Shown here: positions 48,135 through 56,232 of the stretch, one piece after another
Layout: each line of letters starts with the position of its first letter
How positions within the stretch are numbered: the stretch's first letter is position 1
Assembly: GCA_020723765.1 (NCBI GenBank)
Contig: DYIF01000001.1
Location: forward strand, 7,127-71,126
DNA: 64,000 bases
Reading direction: 5' to 3'
Origin: Elusimicrobium minutum
Lineage (GTDB): Bacteria > Elusimicrobiota > Elusimicrobia > Elusimicrobiales > UBA9959
The notes under the pieces: model-generated
Seen by the model: the letters and a program-made list of their open reading frames with translations, nothing else
Told to the model about the DNA's origin: nothing
Database searches by the model: none
Translations under genes and position numbers: made by a program

Positions 48135-48908
48135 CTACGATAAATCAATAATACACTTACACTTAGGATAATTAGAACAGCCCCAGAATTTTTTGCCAGC
48201 ATGTTCCCCTTGTTTTGCAACCCTCAATACCATAGGAGCATGACAATTCGGGCATAATATAACGTTTTTATCAGTATTTTTTTGAGTGTTTTCTGATTGT
48301 ATCTTATTTTTTGTCGAGTCTATTAAGTTAACTAATTTCTCCCTATTAATTAACTCAATTGGTTTTCCATAAGCAAATTCTTTTGCTGGTTCAGTAAAAT
48401 CTCCAGAAGTTATAACAACCGCTTTGCTTGCTTTTTCATCAACCATAAGTCCATATATTTCCCTTATAACTTTAACATCAACTTTATACGCTTTCCAGTG
48501 TTTACATTGAATAATTACTTTTTCATTTTCTTTTTTGGCAATTAAATCAATTCCACCATCAGCAGAATTATATCCCGTATGAATAACTTCATATCCCTTT
48601 TCCCTGTAATATGTCTCAATAATATCCTCAAATTCCTTCCATGATAGTTTTTTAATATCTTCTATTGACTTAGTGTTTTTAAGTAAGTTTTTATTTAGCA
48701 ATGTTCTTAAAGCTGACAATATACCAGCAATTAATAAAAAAATTGAAAATATTTTTAAAAAAGTTGAAATAACAGGACCTACAGATATTAATCCTGTATT
48801 TATGTTTTTAACAAAAAAGCTTAATATATATAAAACAACGCCAATAACAATTGTAATTTGCCATGGTGTTTCAAAAACTATAGTTTCAAAAAAACTTTTA
48901 TTCCTCAT
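48135..48908 (-). CDS. Membrane-anchored Mrr-type restriction endonuclease domain protein with a C-terminal topoisomerase-type zinc ribbon
   Basis: Two N-terminal TM helices. Mrr_cat-like core: WKEFEDIIETYYREKGYEV...ADGGIDLIAKKENEKVIIQCKHW...VITSGDFT. Zinc ribbon: CPNCHAPMVLR...FWGCSNYPKC. Confidence 0.75.
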   Translation of the reverse strand: MRNKSFFETIVFETPWQITIVIGVVLYILSFFVKNINTGLISVGPVISTFLKIFSIFLLIAGILSALRTLLNKNLLKNTKSIEDIKKLSWKEFEDIIETYYREKGYEVIHTGYNSADGGIDLIAKKENEKVIIQCKHWKAYKVDVKVIREIYGLMVDEKASKAVVITSGDFTEPAKEFAYGKPIELINREKLVNLIDSTKNKIQSENTQKNTDKNVILCPNCHAPMVLRVAKQGEHAGKKFWGCSNYPKCKCIIDLS

Positions 48909-49047
48909 AAAAACCTCTTTAAAACATTTTACAAATTTATATAAAATTTATTCTTAAATTTTATTAGCAAAAATTACCTATATTTTATAGCCATTTTTCC
49001 TTCCAGAAACGCCTTGTTTCCGCAAATTTCCTTGTAACAGGGAATAT

Positions 49048-49716
49048 TTAATTGTTATTTATTATTTTATCTAACTCAAACAAAAGTATTCTAAAGTTTG
49101 ATTTATTATAATAACTTCTTTTATCTGCCGGAAGTAATGAAGATAATTTGACTTTATAATCATTTATTTTTAGATTTAAGATTTTATTTTTTATTTTTTC
49201 AGCAGTGTTTTTGTCTACATTTAATTTTACCCCTCTCTTAATTAAAAACTCAATATCATAAGCATCTCTAATCTCACCTCTATCAAGAAAAGCATTTATT
49301 TTTTCAACCATCATATCTTCAAGCGATATTGCACTTAAAATTATTTGAATATTGCTATTAAGAGAATATGCTATAGTTTTAATTGGTTTTATTTTCTTTT
49401 GCTCTTTCCTTATTTCAATTTTTAACGTTCTTGGATAATTCCTACTTTTAAATTCAAACAACATTGTAAAATGCTTATTAAACACATCTTTTACCATATA
49501 ATTGTCATATATTACCTTTTTTATTCTATTAAAAACCTCATTTTCCTCTTTTTTATCTTTCAACCAGAAATCTAAATCAACAGAATATCTATCTAATCCA
49601 TAACATAATCTCAGCATTGTTCCACCAACAAATATTAATTTTGGCAATACTTTAGCATTATATAGTTTTTCTAAAATTTCCATTTCAAACTGCTCGTGTT
49701 TTATCAAATCTTGCAT
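49048..49716 (-). CDS. AbiEii/AbiGii family nucleotidyltransferase toxin (type IV TA / abortive infection)
   Basis: FVGGTMLRLCYGLDRYSVDLDFW matches the AbiEii (DUF1814) NTase signature. It overlaps the upstream antitoxin-like gene by 13 bp. Confidence 0.75.
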   Translation of the reverse strand: MQDLIKHEQFEMEILEKLYNAKVLPKLIFVGGTMLRLCYGLDRYSVDLDFWLKDKKEENEVFNRIKKVIYDNYMVKDVFNKHFTMLFEFKSRNYPRTLKIEIRKEQKKIKPIKTIAYSLNSNIQIILSAISLEDMMVEKINAFLDRGEIRDAYDIEFLIKRGVKLNVDKNTAEKIKNKILNLKINDYKVKLSSLLPADKRSYYNKSNFRILLFELDKIINNN

Positions 49717-50300
49717 ATTCTTTTAACAACCTCTATTGTTTTTTGCGGATATTTTTTTGCAATTTTAAATATTAAACTTTTATCAAGTTTTTTGATATCA
49801 ATTGAGCTTAAATCTAATGAATATTTGCCAAACGAATAAAGATAAATGGCATCTATAAAAGCCTTCTCTTTTTCCGCTATAAAATAATTATCTTTTTTTA
49901 AAAAACCATTAAAAAATTCTCCCTTAACTTTATAAAACTTAAAATTTTTATCTTTTATTTCATAGTTTTTAGTAGAAAGAATCGTTATAGATTCAAACCT
50001 ATCTTGCGGGACTTGCGTTGTTACCCCATAATAAGAAAGAGCGGTTAATAAAGAAATATATGAAGGAACCCTTAGGATAGAAGATATAGCAAAGAAATCC
50101 TCTTCTTTGTTTAAACCCCATCTTTGCTCAAAAGAATAACAATTCTTTTTTAATTTTATAAATATTTCCTTTTTTGACTGTCTTGTTACAAAAACCCTTG
50201 CAGATTCAATACTTATATCCAAAACTTTTGCGACATCTTCAGTAAAAAAATATGGTTTATTATACAAAACAGATAGTTTGATTAAATTTTCGCTAAACAT
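49704..50300 (-). CDS. AbiEi-like antitoxin / transcriptional regulator
   Basis: ~200 aa with an N-terminal wHTH-like segment (FTEDVAKVLDISIESARVFVTRQSKKEIFIKL). It lies directly upstream of, and overlaps, the AbiEii gene. The call rests on size, position and pairing. Confidence 0.65.
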   Translation of the reverse strand: MFSENLIKLSVLYNKPYFFTEDVAKVLDISIESARVFVTRQSKKEIFIKLKKNCYSFEQRWGLNKEEDFFAISSILRVPSYISLLTALSYYGVTTQVPQDRFESITILSTKNYEIKDKNFKFYKVKGEFFNGFLKKDNYFIAEKEKAFIDAIYLYSFGKYSLDLSSIDIKKLDKSLIFKIAKKYPQKTIEVVKRICKI

Positions 50301-50535
50301 ACTAAATTAACACTAATGATAATTTAATATATTTTGTATTAGAAGTCAATATTTACAAAGATTAATTTAAAAGGATTTCTAATTTATAAATTTTGCAAGT
50401 TGAACTTTCAAATTGTATAAGTTTTTTAATTAAATTTTCTAACATTAAGATTATTAGTTTGTGTTTAAATTTTTTACCAATACTAAAAATTATCACAAAT
50501 AATTTGACTTTATTATAAAAACTATAATAAAATTA

Positions 50536-51663
50536 ATGCTTCAAATAAAACTCCCCAAAAATAAATCGGCTTTCTTATGGGGTCCAAGAAAAACTGGAAA
50601 AACTACCTTTTTAAAACAAAAGTTTAAAGATGCTTTATGGATAGACTTACTTGATTATAATTTTTATTTTGAATTAAATCAAAATCCCGCATATCTTAGG
50701 CAGATAATTTCAGCAATCAATAAAAAAACAATCGTAATAGATGAAGTACAAAAAATACCTTCTATTTTAGATGAAATACACTGGCTAATGGAAAACAAAA
50801 ATATTCAATTTATACTTTGCGGCTCTAGTGCAAGAAAATTAAGAAAAATAACCGGTGGGCTTTTGGGCGGAAGAGCTTGGAGATATGAATTGTTTCCTTT
50901 TGTTAGCAAAGAAATAGGAATAGAAGAATTGGATTTGAATAAAGCATTAACTTATGGCCTTATACCGTCTCACTACTTATCCCAAAATCCAGAGATGGAT
51001 TTAAAAGCATATGTAAACGATTATCTAAAAGAAGAGATAAAAGCGGAAGCGCTTGTAAGAAAGATAAGCAATTTTTCTAAATTTCTTTATTATACCGCTT
51101 TTTCAAATGCGAATATAGTTAATTATTCCAATATTTCACGAGAATGTGGGGTTTCAGTAAAAACAGTAATTGATTATCATTCTATACTTGAAGATACATT
51201 AATTGGTCGATTTTTAATGCCCTGGAATAAAAAGAAAAAAAGAAGATTAATAGAGACATTTAAATTTTATTTTTTTGATACAGGAATAGTAAATGCCCTA
51301 TTAAACAGAAAAGAACTTATCAAGGGCACAACGGAATATGGACATCTTTTTGAACATTTTATAATAAATGAATGTTTAGCCTATTCTAAATACAGTGGAA
51401 AAGACTTCCCATTATATTTCTACAGAACAGCGTCAGGGAATGAAGTAGATCTAATTTTAGGAGAAGGCGAGGTTGCGATAGAAATAAAAGCATCGGAAAG
51501 TTCAAATTATAAAATAAAAGGCCTACATATTTTTAGCGATGAACACAAGCCAAAGAAAAAAATTATCGTATCGATGGAAAAGTTTCCAAGAAAAAACAAT
51601 GATATTCTGATATTACCATATAAAGACTTTCTAAAAATGCTTTGGGACGAAGAAATTATTTAG
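50536..51663 (+). CDS. AAA ATPase (AAA_14-like) fused to a DUF4143-type PD-(D/E)xK domain
   Basis: Walker A GPRKTGKTT and Walker B VIDEVQ. The C-terminal YFYRTASGNEVDLIL...AIEIKAS gives a D...ExK nuclease-like signature. Confidence 0.8.
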   Translation: MLQIKLPKNKSAFLWGPRKTGKTTFLKQKFKDALWIDLLDYNFYFELNQNPAYLRQIISAINKKTIVIDEVQKIPSILDEIHWLMENKNIQFILCGSSARKLRKITGGLLGGRAWRYELFPFVSKEIGIEELDLNKALTYGLIPSHYLSQNPEMDLKAYVNDYLKEEIKAEALVRKISNFSKFLYYTAFSNANIVNYSNISRECGVSVKTVIDYHSILEDTLIGRFLMPWNKKKKRRLIETFKFYFFDTGIVNALLNRKELIKGTTEYGHLFEHFIINECLAYSKYSGKDFPLYFYRTASGNEVDLILGEGEVAIEIKASESSNYKIKGLHIFSDEHKPKKKIIVSMEKFPRKNNDILILPYKDFLKMLWDEEII

Positions 51664-51717
51664 AATCTAAATATTTTAAAATCATTTACCTTTCTAATCA
51701 TAGGAATAGAATATTTT

Positions 51718-51788
51718 GATGACATATTTTTTATCTAACGACCTTATCTTCGATGACATTTTTTATTATCTAATGCGGTCTAATGCGG
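51718..51788 (+). repeat. Direct repeats at the right island edge / upstream of the next operon promoter
   Basis: gatgacatattttttatctaa (51718-51738) and gatgacattttttattatctaa (51752-51773), plus the tandem tctaatgcgg x2 (51769-51788). TGTATAAT at 51805-51812 follows. Confidence 0.6.
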
Positions 51789-51828
51789 CTCTATTTTTTT
51801 ATTTTGTATAATTTAATTTGGAGGATTT

Positions 51829-52029
51829 ATGGAATGCAAATCCGCTCGCAATCTTTCCAACTGCTCATGCACATACGAACCCTGTTCGAGAAAAGGCATT
51901 TGTTGCCAGTGCATAGAATATCACAAAAGAAACGGCGAACTGCCGGGATGTTTTTTCTCGAAAAAAGGCGAAGCCACTTACGATAGAAGCATTGAAAATT
52001 TTATAAGAGATTATAACGAAAACAGATAG
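51829..52029 (+). CDS. Small Cys-rich protein (DUF6485-like)
   Basis: 66 aa with 8 Cys (CSCTYEPCSRKGICCQCIEYH...GCFF). GGAGG SD. First gene with core-like composition after the island. Confidence 0.6.
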   Translation: MECKSARNLSNCSCTYEPCSRKGICCQCIEYHKRNGELPGCFFSKKGEATYDRSIENFIRDYNENR

Positions 52030-52037
52030 GAGATTTT

Positions 52038-52412
52038 ATGAAGGAAATCGTATCCACCGATAAAGCCCCAAAGGCAATAGGCCCTTACTCTCAGGCGGTA
52101 AAATCGGGAAATTTTATTTTCGTCTCGGGACAACTTCCAATAGACCCGTCAAATCAACAAATGCCTCAAACCGTTTCCGAACAAACCGAGATTTGCATAA
52201 AAAACATTAAAAACATACTGGAATCAGCCGGATTTTCGATTAAAGACATAGTAAAAACCACCGTCTTTATGACCGATCTTTCAAAATTTAACGAGATGAA
52301 TTCCAAATACGCCGAGTTTTTCGACTCTAACCCTCCGGCAAGAGCCACGGTAGAGGTAAAAGCTCTTCCAAAAGGCGCTACGGTGGAAATAGAAGCGATA
52401 GCGGTAAAATAA
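52038..52412 (+). CDS. ridA: RidA (YjgF/TdcF) family reactive-intermediate deaminase
   Basis: APKAIGPYSQAV..G..IFVSGQLPIDP...ARATVEV..LPKGA.VEIEAIA. Confidence 0.9.
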   Translation: MKEIVSTDKAPKAIGPYSQAVKSGNFIFVSGQLPIDPSNQQMPQTVSEQTEICIKNIKNILESAGFSIKDIVKTTVFMTDLSKFNEMNSKYAEFFDSNPPARATVEVKALPKGATVEIEAIAVK

Positions 52413-52413
52413 T

Positions 52414-53991
52414 ATGCACGAATTATTGAAAAACAAACATACAGGAGTTCTGATCCCTCTTTTTTCGATGTCTTCGCAATCGGATTTCGGCTGCGGAGAT
52501 ACTTCCTCGTTATCGGAATGGGCGGATTTTGCCAAAGAAATGGGTTTTGACATAATACAAATACTTCCTATAAACGAAATGCCTCCCGGGACAAACTGCC
52601 CATATACTTCGCTTACGGCATTCGCCATAGACCCGATATACTTATCGGTAAAAGATATAGAAAATTTAAAGCCCGAGTTGAGAGAAAAACTCAAATCAAA
52701 AGAATTTAAAGAAAAAATCAAAAACATAAAAAAGAAAGATTATATAGATTACGACGAAATAAAAAAGATAAAGTTTGAAATTTTATGGGAACAATACAAC
52801 TATTTTCAAAAGTCTTTTTCCCCGTCTTCCAATGAGAAAATAGCGTTTGAAGAATATAAAACAAAAAACGACTGGTGGCTCGATAATTACGCGGTATTTA
52901 GAAGATTAAAAGACATAAATAACTGGAAAAGCTGGACGGAGTGGGAAGAAGGGTTTAAAAACCCTCAAAGCGAAACAATAGCCCGATTTAAAAACGAAGA
53001 CGGGTTTAATATAGATTTTTTCAAATACATTCAATGGGAGTTAGACAAGCAATTTTTAAAAGTAAAATCGAAACTCCTCTCAAACGGCATAAAGCTTTTA
53101 GGGGACCTGCCTTTTATGGTAAATCAGGAAAGCTCGGATGTCTGGTCAAGACAGTACGATTTTAGACTGGATTTGGAATCCGGAGCTCCCCCCGACGCTT
53201 TTTCGGAAGACGGTCAAAAATGGGGAATCCCCGCTCCCAACTGGGATTCTCAATTATCCAACGAATTTGAGTGGTGGAGGCTTAAAATCAAAAAATTCGA
53301 GGAGTTATACGATATCTTCAGAATAGACCATATGGTAGGATTTTTTAGAACATGGGTAATACCCAAAGACAAAAATATAAAACCTCATTTCGACATATTA
53401 GACCCGCACCGGCAGGAAGAAAGAGGCAGAAGGTTTCTAAAAACCATAAAACACTCTACTAAAATGCTTGCGATAGCCGAGGATTTGGGAGTGATACCGG
53501 ATTATGTAAGAAAAGTTTTAAAAGAACTGGACATATGCGGATACAAAATAATGAGATGGGAAAAAGAAAAAGACGAAACTTATATAGACCCCAAAAACTA
53601 CTATCCCATATCCATAGCGACCACTTCGACCCACGATACCGAGCCTATGAAGACCTGGTGGAAAATAATAGATAAAGAAGAAAGAAGGATATTCTCGGAG
53701 ATGATTTACGAAATGGATATTAAAAAAATTCCCTCCGGTTATTCAGAGATAAAACGGGATGTCAATCTGAAACTTTTAAATTCTTCTTCGGTCATAGCTG
53801 TAATGAGCCTGCAGGACATAACCGGTACCGAAGAGAGAATCAATCTTCCCGGAACGACGGGAAACCACAACTGGAGCTGGAGAATAAAAACGAATTGGGA
53901 TAAATACTACAAAAAACATTTATCCGATTTTGAACCTTTAAAAAAAGAAATAAAAAGAAGGAATAATGAAAAAAACGATAAAATCGATTAG
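52414..53991 (+). CDS. malQ: 4-alpha-glucanotransferase (GH77 amylomaltase)
   Basis: GVLIPLFSM.S....GCGD, FRIDHMVGFFR, IAEDLGVIP, STHDT and PGT..NWSWR motifs. Confidence 0.9.
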   Translation: MHELLKNKHTGVLIPLFSMSSQSDFGCGDTSSLSEWADFAKEMGFDIIQILPINEMPPGTNCPYTSLTAFAIDPIYLSVKDIENLKPELREKLKSKEFKEKIKNIKKKDYIDYDEIKKIKFEILWEQYNYFQKSFSPSSNEKIAFEEYKTKNDWWLDNYAVFRRLKDINNWKSWTEWEEGFKNPQSETIARFKNEDGFNIDFFKYIQWELDKQFLKVKSKLLSNGIKLLGDLPFMVNQESSDVWSRQYDFRLDLESGAPPDAFSEDGQKWGIPAPNWDSQLSNEFEWWRLKIKKFEELYDIFRIDHMVGFFRTWVIPKDKNIKPHFDILDPHRQEERGRRFLKTIKHSTKMLAIAEDLGVIPDYVRKVLKELDICGYKIMRWEKEKDETYIDPKNYYPISIATTSTHDTEPMKTWWKIIDKEERRIFSEMIYEMDIKKIPSGYSEIKRDVNLKLLNSSSVIAVMSLQDITGTEERINLPGTTGNHNWSWRIKTNWDKYYKKHLSDFEPLKKEIKRRNNEKNDKID

Positions 53992-54778
53992 CTTAATCCT
54001 TTTATTATCCTCATGCTCCATAGACAAACTTGCGGTTAAAAAAACATCCGGCATAATAGAAAAAGGAATCCCTTCGATATATTCGGAGGCGAACTTAGAT
54101 TACGTAAAAAATTCTCTGCCGGCAAACCTTAAGTTAATGGAAATTTTATACCAAACCGAAAAAGACCCCGCGCTTGTTAAAAATATGACTATGGGTTTTT
54201 GCGGATACGCTTTCGCTTTTTATGAAGATATGAAAAACGAAAGAAACGATTTTTACGAACGAGGGATAAAATACTCAAACGAATATATAAACGACAAAAA
54301 ATTAAAAGAAAAAAAGAATTTATCCGATACCGATTTCGACATACTTTTCTGGAATATGTTTTGTAAAAGCTCTTACATAGATTCGAATAGAGACGACCTA
54401 AACGCTTTATCGTATTTAGGCGAGATAGAAGAAATATCTCAAAAACTATACTCCATTAAACCCGATTATTTTTACAATTCCATAGAAACGATAATCGCCT
54501 CCATATACGCTTCAAAACCAAGGATCGTAGGCGGAAGCCCCCAAAAAGCTAAAGAACACTTTGAAAAAGCGGTAAACGGAAAAGGAAAAGATTTTCTTAT
54601 GAACAAATATTTTTACGCCAAAGTATACGCGACTTTGACAATGGACGAGGAATTATTCGATAAACTTATAAACGAAATAGAAACCGCCGATTTAACCGAC
54701 CCTTCCGTATCCTTTTTTAATCAAATAGCCAAATTAAAATCAAATAAGCTAAAGGAGAAAAAAAATGAAATCTTTTAA
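53966..54778 (+). CDS. TRAP transporter TatT-component family lipoprotein (TPR-like)
   Basis: Lipobox LLLSSC. LPANLKLMEILY and MGFCGYAFAFYED resemble the TatT (T-component) family. It overlaps the DctP-like gene. Confidence 0.65.
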   Translation: MKKTIKSISLILLLSSCSIDKLAVKKTSGIIEKGIPSIYSEANLDYVKNSLPANLKLMEILYQTEKDPALVKNMTMGFCGYAFAFYEDMKNERNDFYERGIKYSNEYINDKKLKEKKNLSDTDFDILFWNMFCKSSYIDSNRDDLNALSYLGEIEEISQKLYSIKPDYFYNSIETIIASIYASKPRIVGGSPQKAKEHFEKAVNGKGKDFLMNKYFYAKVYATLTMDEELFDKLINEIETADLTDPSVSFFNQIAKLKSNKLKEKKNEIF

Positions 54779-55778
54779 AATTAAAACTATCTTTTATTTT
54801 TTTGCGATTTCAATAATTTTAAACATATCGCTTTATTCTCAAACGGTAATAAAATTCGCGACACTCGCTCCCGAGGGAACGACATGGACCAAAATACTTA
54901 GAGAGTTCGCAAAAGACGCCGAAACAAAGACTAACGGAAGAGTAAAGTTTAAGATATATGTGGGCGGAGTACAGGGGGACGAAAAGGACGTAATAAGAAA
55001 AATAAAAACCGGGCAGTTAAACGCAAGCGGTTTTACGGGATTCGGCATAGGCGAAATAGCAAAGGAGATGAGAGTATTGGACGCCCCTTTTCTTTTTAAA
55101 AACACGGCGGAATTGGACCATATATACAGGACATTCGATAAAGATTTTAGAAAGATATTCGAGAAAAACGGATTTATACTTTTAGGTTGGAGCGAGATAG
55201 GCGACGTTTATGTTTTATCTAAAAACGAAATAAAAAAAACCGCGGATTTTAAAAAATCTAAACTCTGGGTCTGGGAAGGGGACCCGATAGCGTTAAAAAC
55301 ATTCGAGAAATACGGGACAAAGCCGATTCCTCTTTCCATAGCCGACGTTATGACATCCATTCAAACCGGGATGATAGACACGGTCTACGCCACCCCGGCG
55401 ACAATAATACCTTTAGGGTGGTATAACAAGATGAACTACATTCTGGATATGCCGATAACCTACGCCTCGGGAGCGGTTTTGATTTCAAAAGAAACATTCG
55501 ACAAACTCTCCGAAGAGGACAAAAAAATAATCATGGATTTAAGCGATAAATATTTTTCAAATCTTAACAAATTAGCCAGAGAGGACAACAAAAAAGGAAT
55601 AGAATTATTAAAATCCAAACTCAAAGTTTCAAAACCGCAAAACCAAAACGAGTTTAAAGAGCTTTCCATCCAGGCGAGAAAGGAGCTTACCTCGGTCTAC
55701 GGAGCGGAGATGCTTGAAAAAATAGAAAAAGAGCTTTCCAATTTTAGAAATGCTAAAACAAAAACTAATAAAAATTGA
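54765..55778 (+). CDS. TRAP transporter substrate-binding protein (DctP family)
   Basis: Signal peptide and IKFATLAPEGTTW, at the expected position upstream of dctQ/dctM-like genes. Confidence 0.8.
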   Translation: MKSFKIKTIFYFFAISIILNISLYSQTVIKFATLAPEGTTWTKILREFAKDAETKTNGRVKFKIYVGGVQGDEKDVIRKIKTGQLNASGFTGFGIGEIAKEMRVLDAPFLFKNTAELDHIYRTFDKDFRKIFEKNGFILLGWSEIGDVYVLSKNEIKKTADFKKSKLWVWEGDPIALKTFEKYGTKPIPLSIADVMTSIQTGMIDTVYATPATIIPLGWYNKMNYILDMPITYASGAVLISKETFDKLSEEDKKIIMDLSDKYFSNLNKLAREDNKKGIELLKSKLKVSKPQNQNEFKELSIQARKELTSVYGAEMLEKIEKELSNFRNAKTKTNKN

Positions 55779-56232
55779 CGAAAAAATAGCGATAGTCGAA
55801 AAACACTTCGTAATAATATGCGTATTGTCAATGCTTTTCCTTTCTTTTCTGCAAGTTCTATTGAGAGTTTTTTTTCACTCCGGGATAAGCTGGATGGACG
55901 TATTTTTAAGGCATATCGTTATGATATCCGCCCTTTTTTCCGCCTCGCTTGTAAGCCATTACTCTTCTCATTTTAAAATAGAAATATTTGAAAAGTTGGG
56001 GGTTGAAGGCAAACTTAAAAAATATTTAAGTTTTTTATCATCGGCACTTACCATATTTGCCGTTTCAATAATATTAATCGCATCGGTCAAATTCGTATAT
56101 ATGGAGTTCGATTTGGATGAAATAAAAAATCTAACGCCAAAGCCGGAGCAGTTAAATCTGTTTCTTCCTTTGATATTTATCAATATGTTTATACATACTC
56201 TGGCATCTTTATTTAAAGAAGAAAAAAAATGA
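55750..56232 (+). CDS. TRAP transporter small permease (DctQ family)
   Basis: 160 aa with 4 TM segments, between the DctP- and DctM-like genes, with overlapping starts and stops. Confidence 0.7.
   Translation: MLKQKLIKIDEKIAIVEKHFVIICVLSMLFLSFLQVLLRVFFHSGISWMDVFLRHIVMISALFSASLVSHYSSHFKIEIFEKLGVEGKLKKYLSFLSSALTIFAVSIILIASVKFVYMEFDLDEIKNLTPKPEQLNLFLPLIFINMFIHTLASLFKEEKK

Larger units (their letters stand above)
42755..51800. other. Compositionally distinct accessory island (defence/toxin genes; no integrase or transposase seen)
   Basis: CG dinucleotides and G/C-ending codons drop sharply by eye at ~42755 and recover at ~51800. The gene content is Fic, AbiE, nucleases and orphan proteins. Confidence 0.6.

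Noticed and set aside
51769-51788. Tandem short repeats, here and at 36784-36828, considered as possible CRISPR or minisatellite arrays.
   Set aside because: There are only 2-3 units of 10-15 bp with no spacers. The 36784 repeat is coding (KPAET). No cas genes are present in the window.
42755-51800. Calling the island an integrative mobile element, prophage remnant or integron.
   Set aside because: No integrase, transposase, phage structural or conjugation genes are visible, and neither are attC-like R'/R'' cores or flanking tRNA or long terminal repeats. Only composition and cargo support foreign origin.
51783-51986. 67-aa ORF overlapping the Cys-rich gene in another frame.
   Set aside because: The 51829 frame has an SD (GGAGG) at proper spacing and a conserved-looking Cys pattern. 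The alternative frame has neither.
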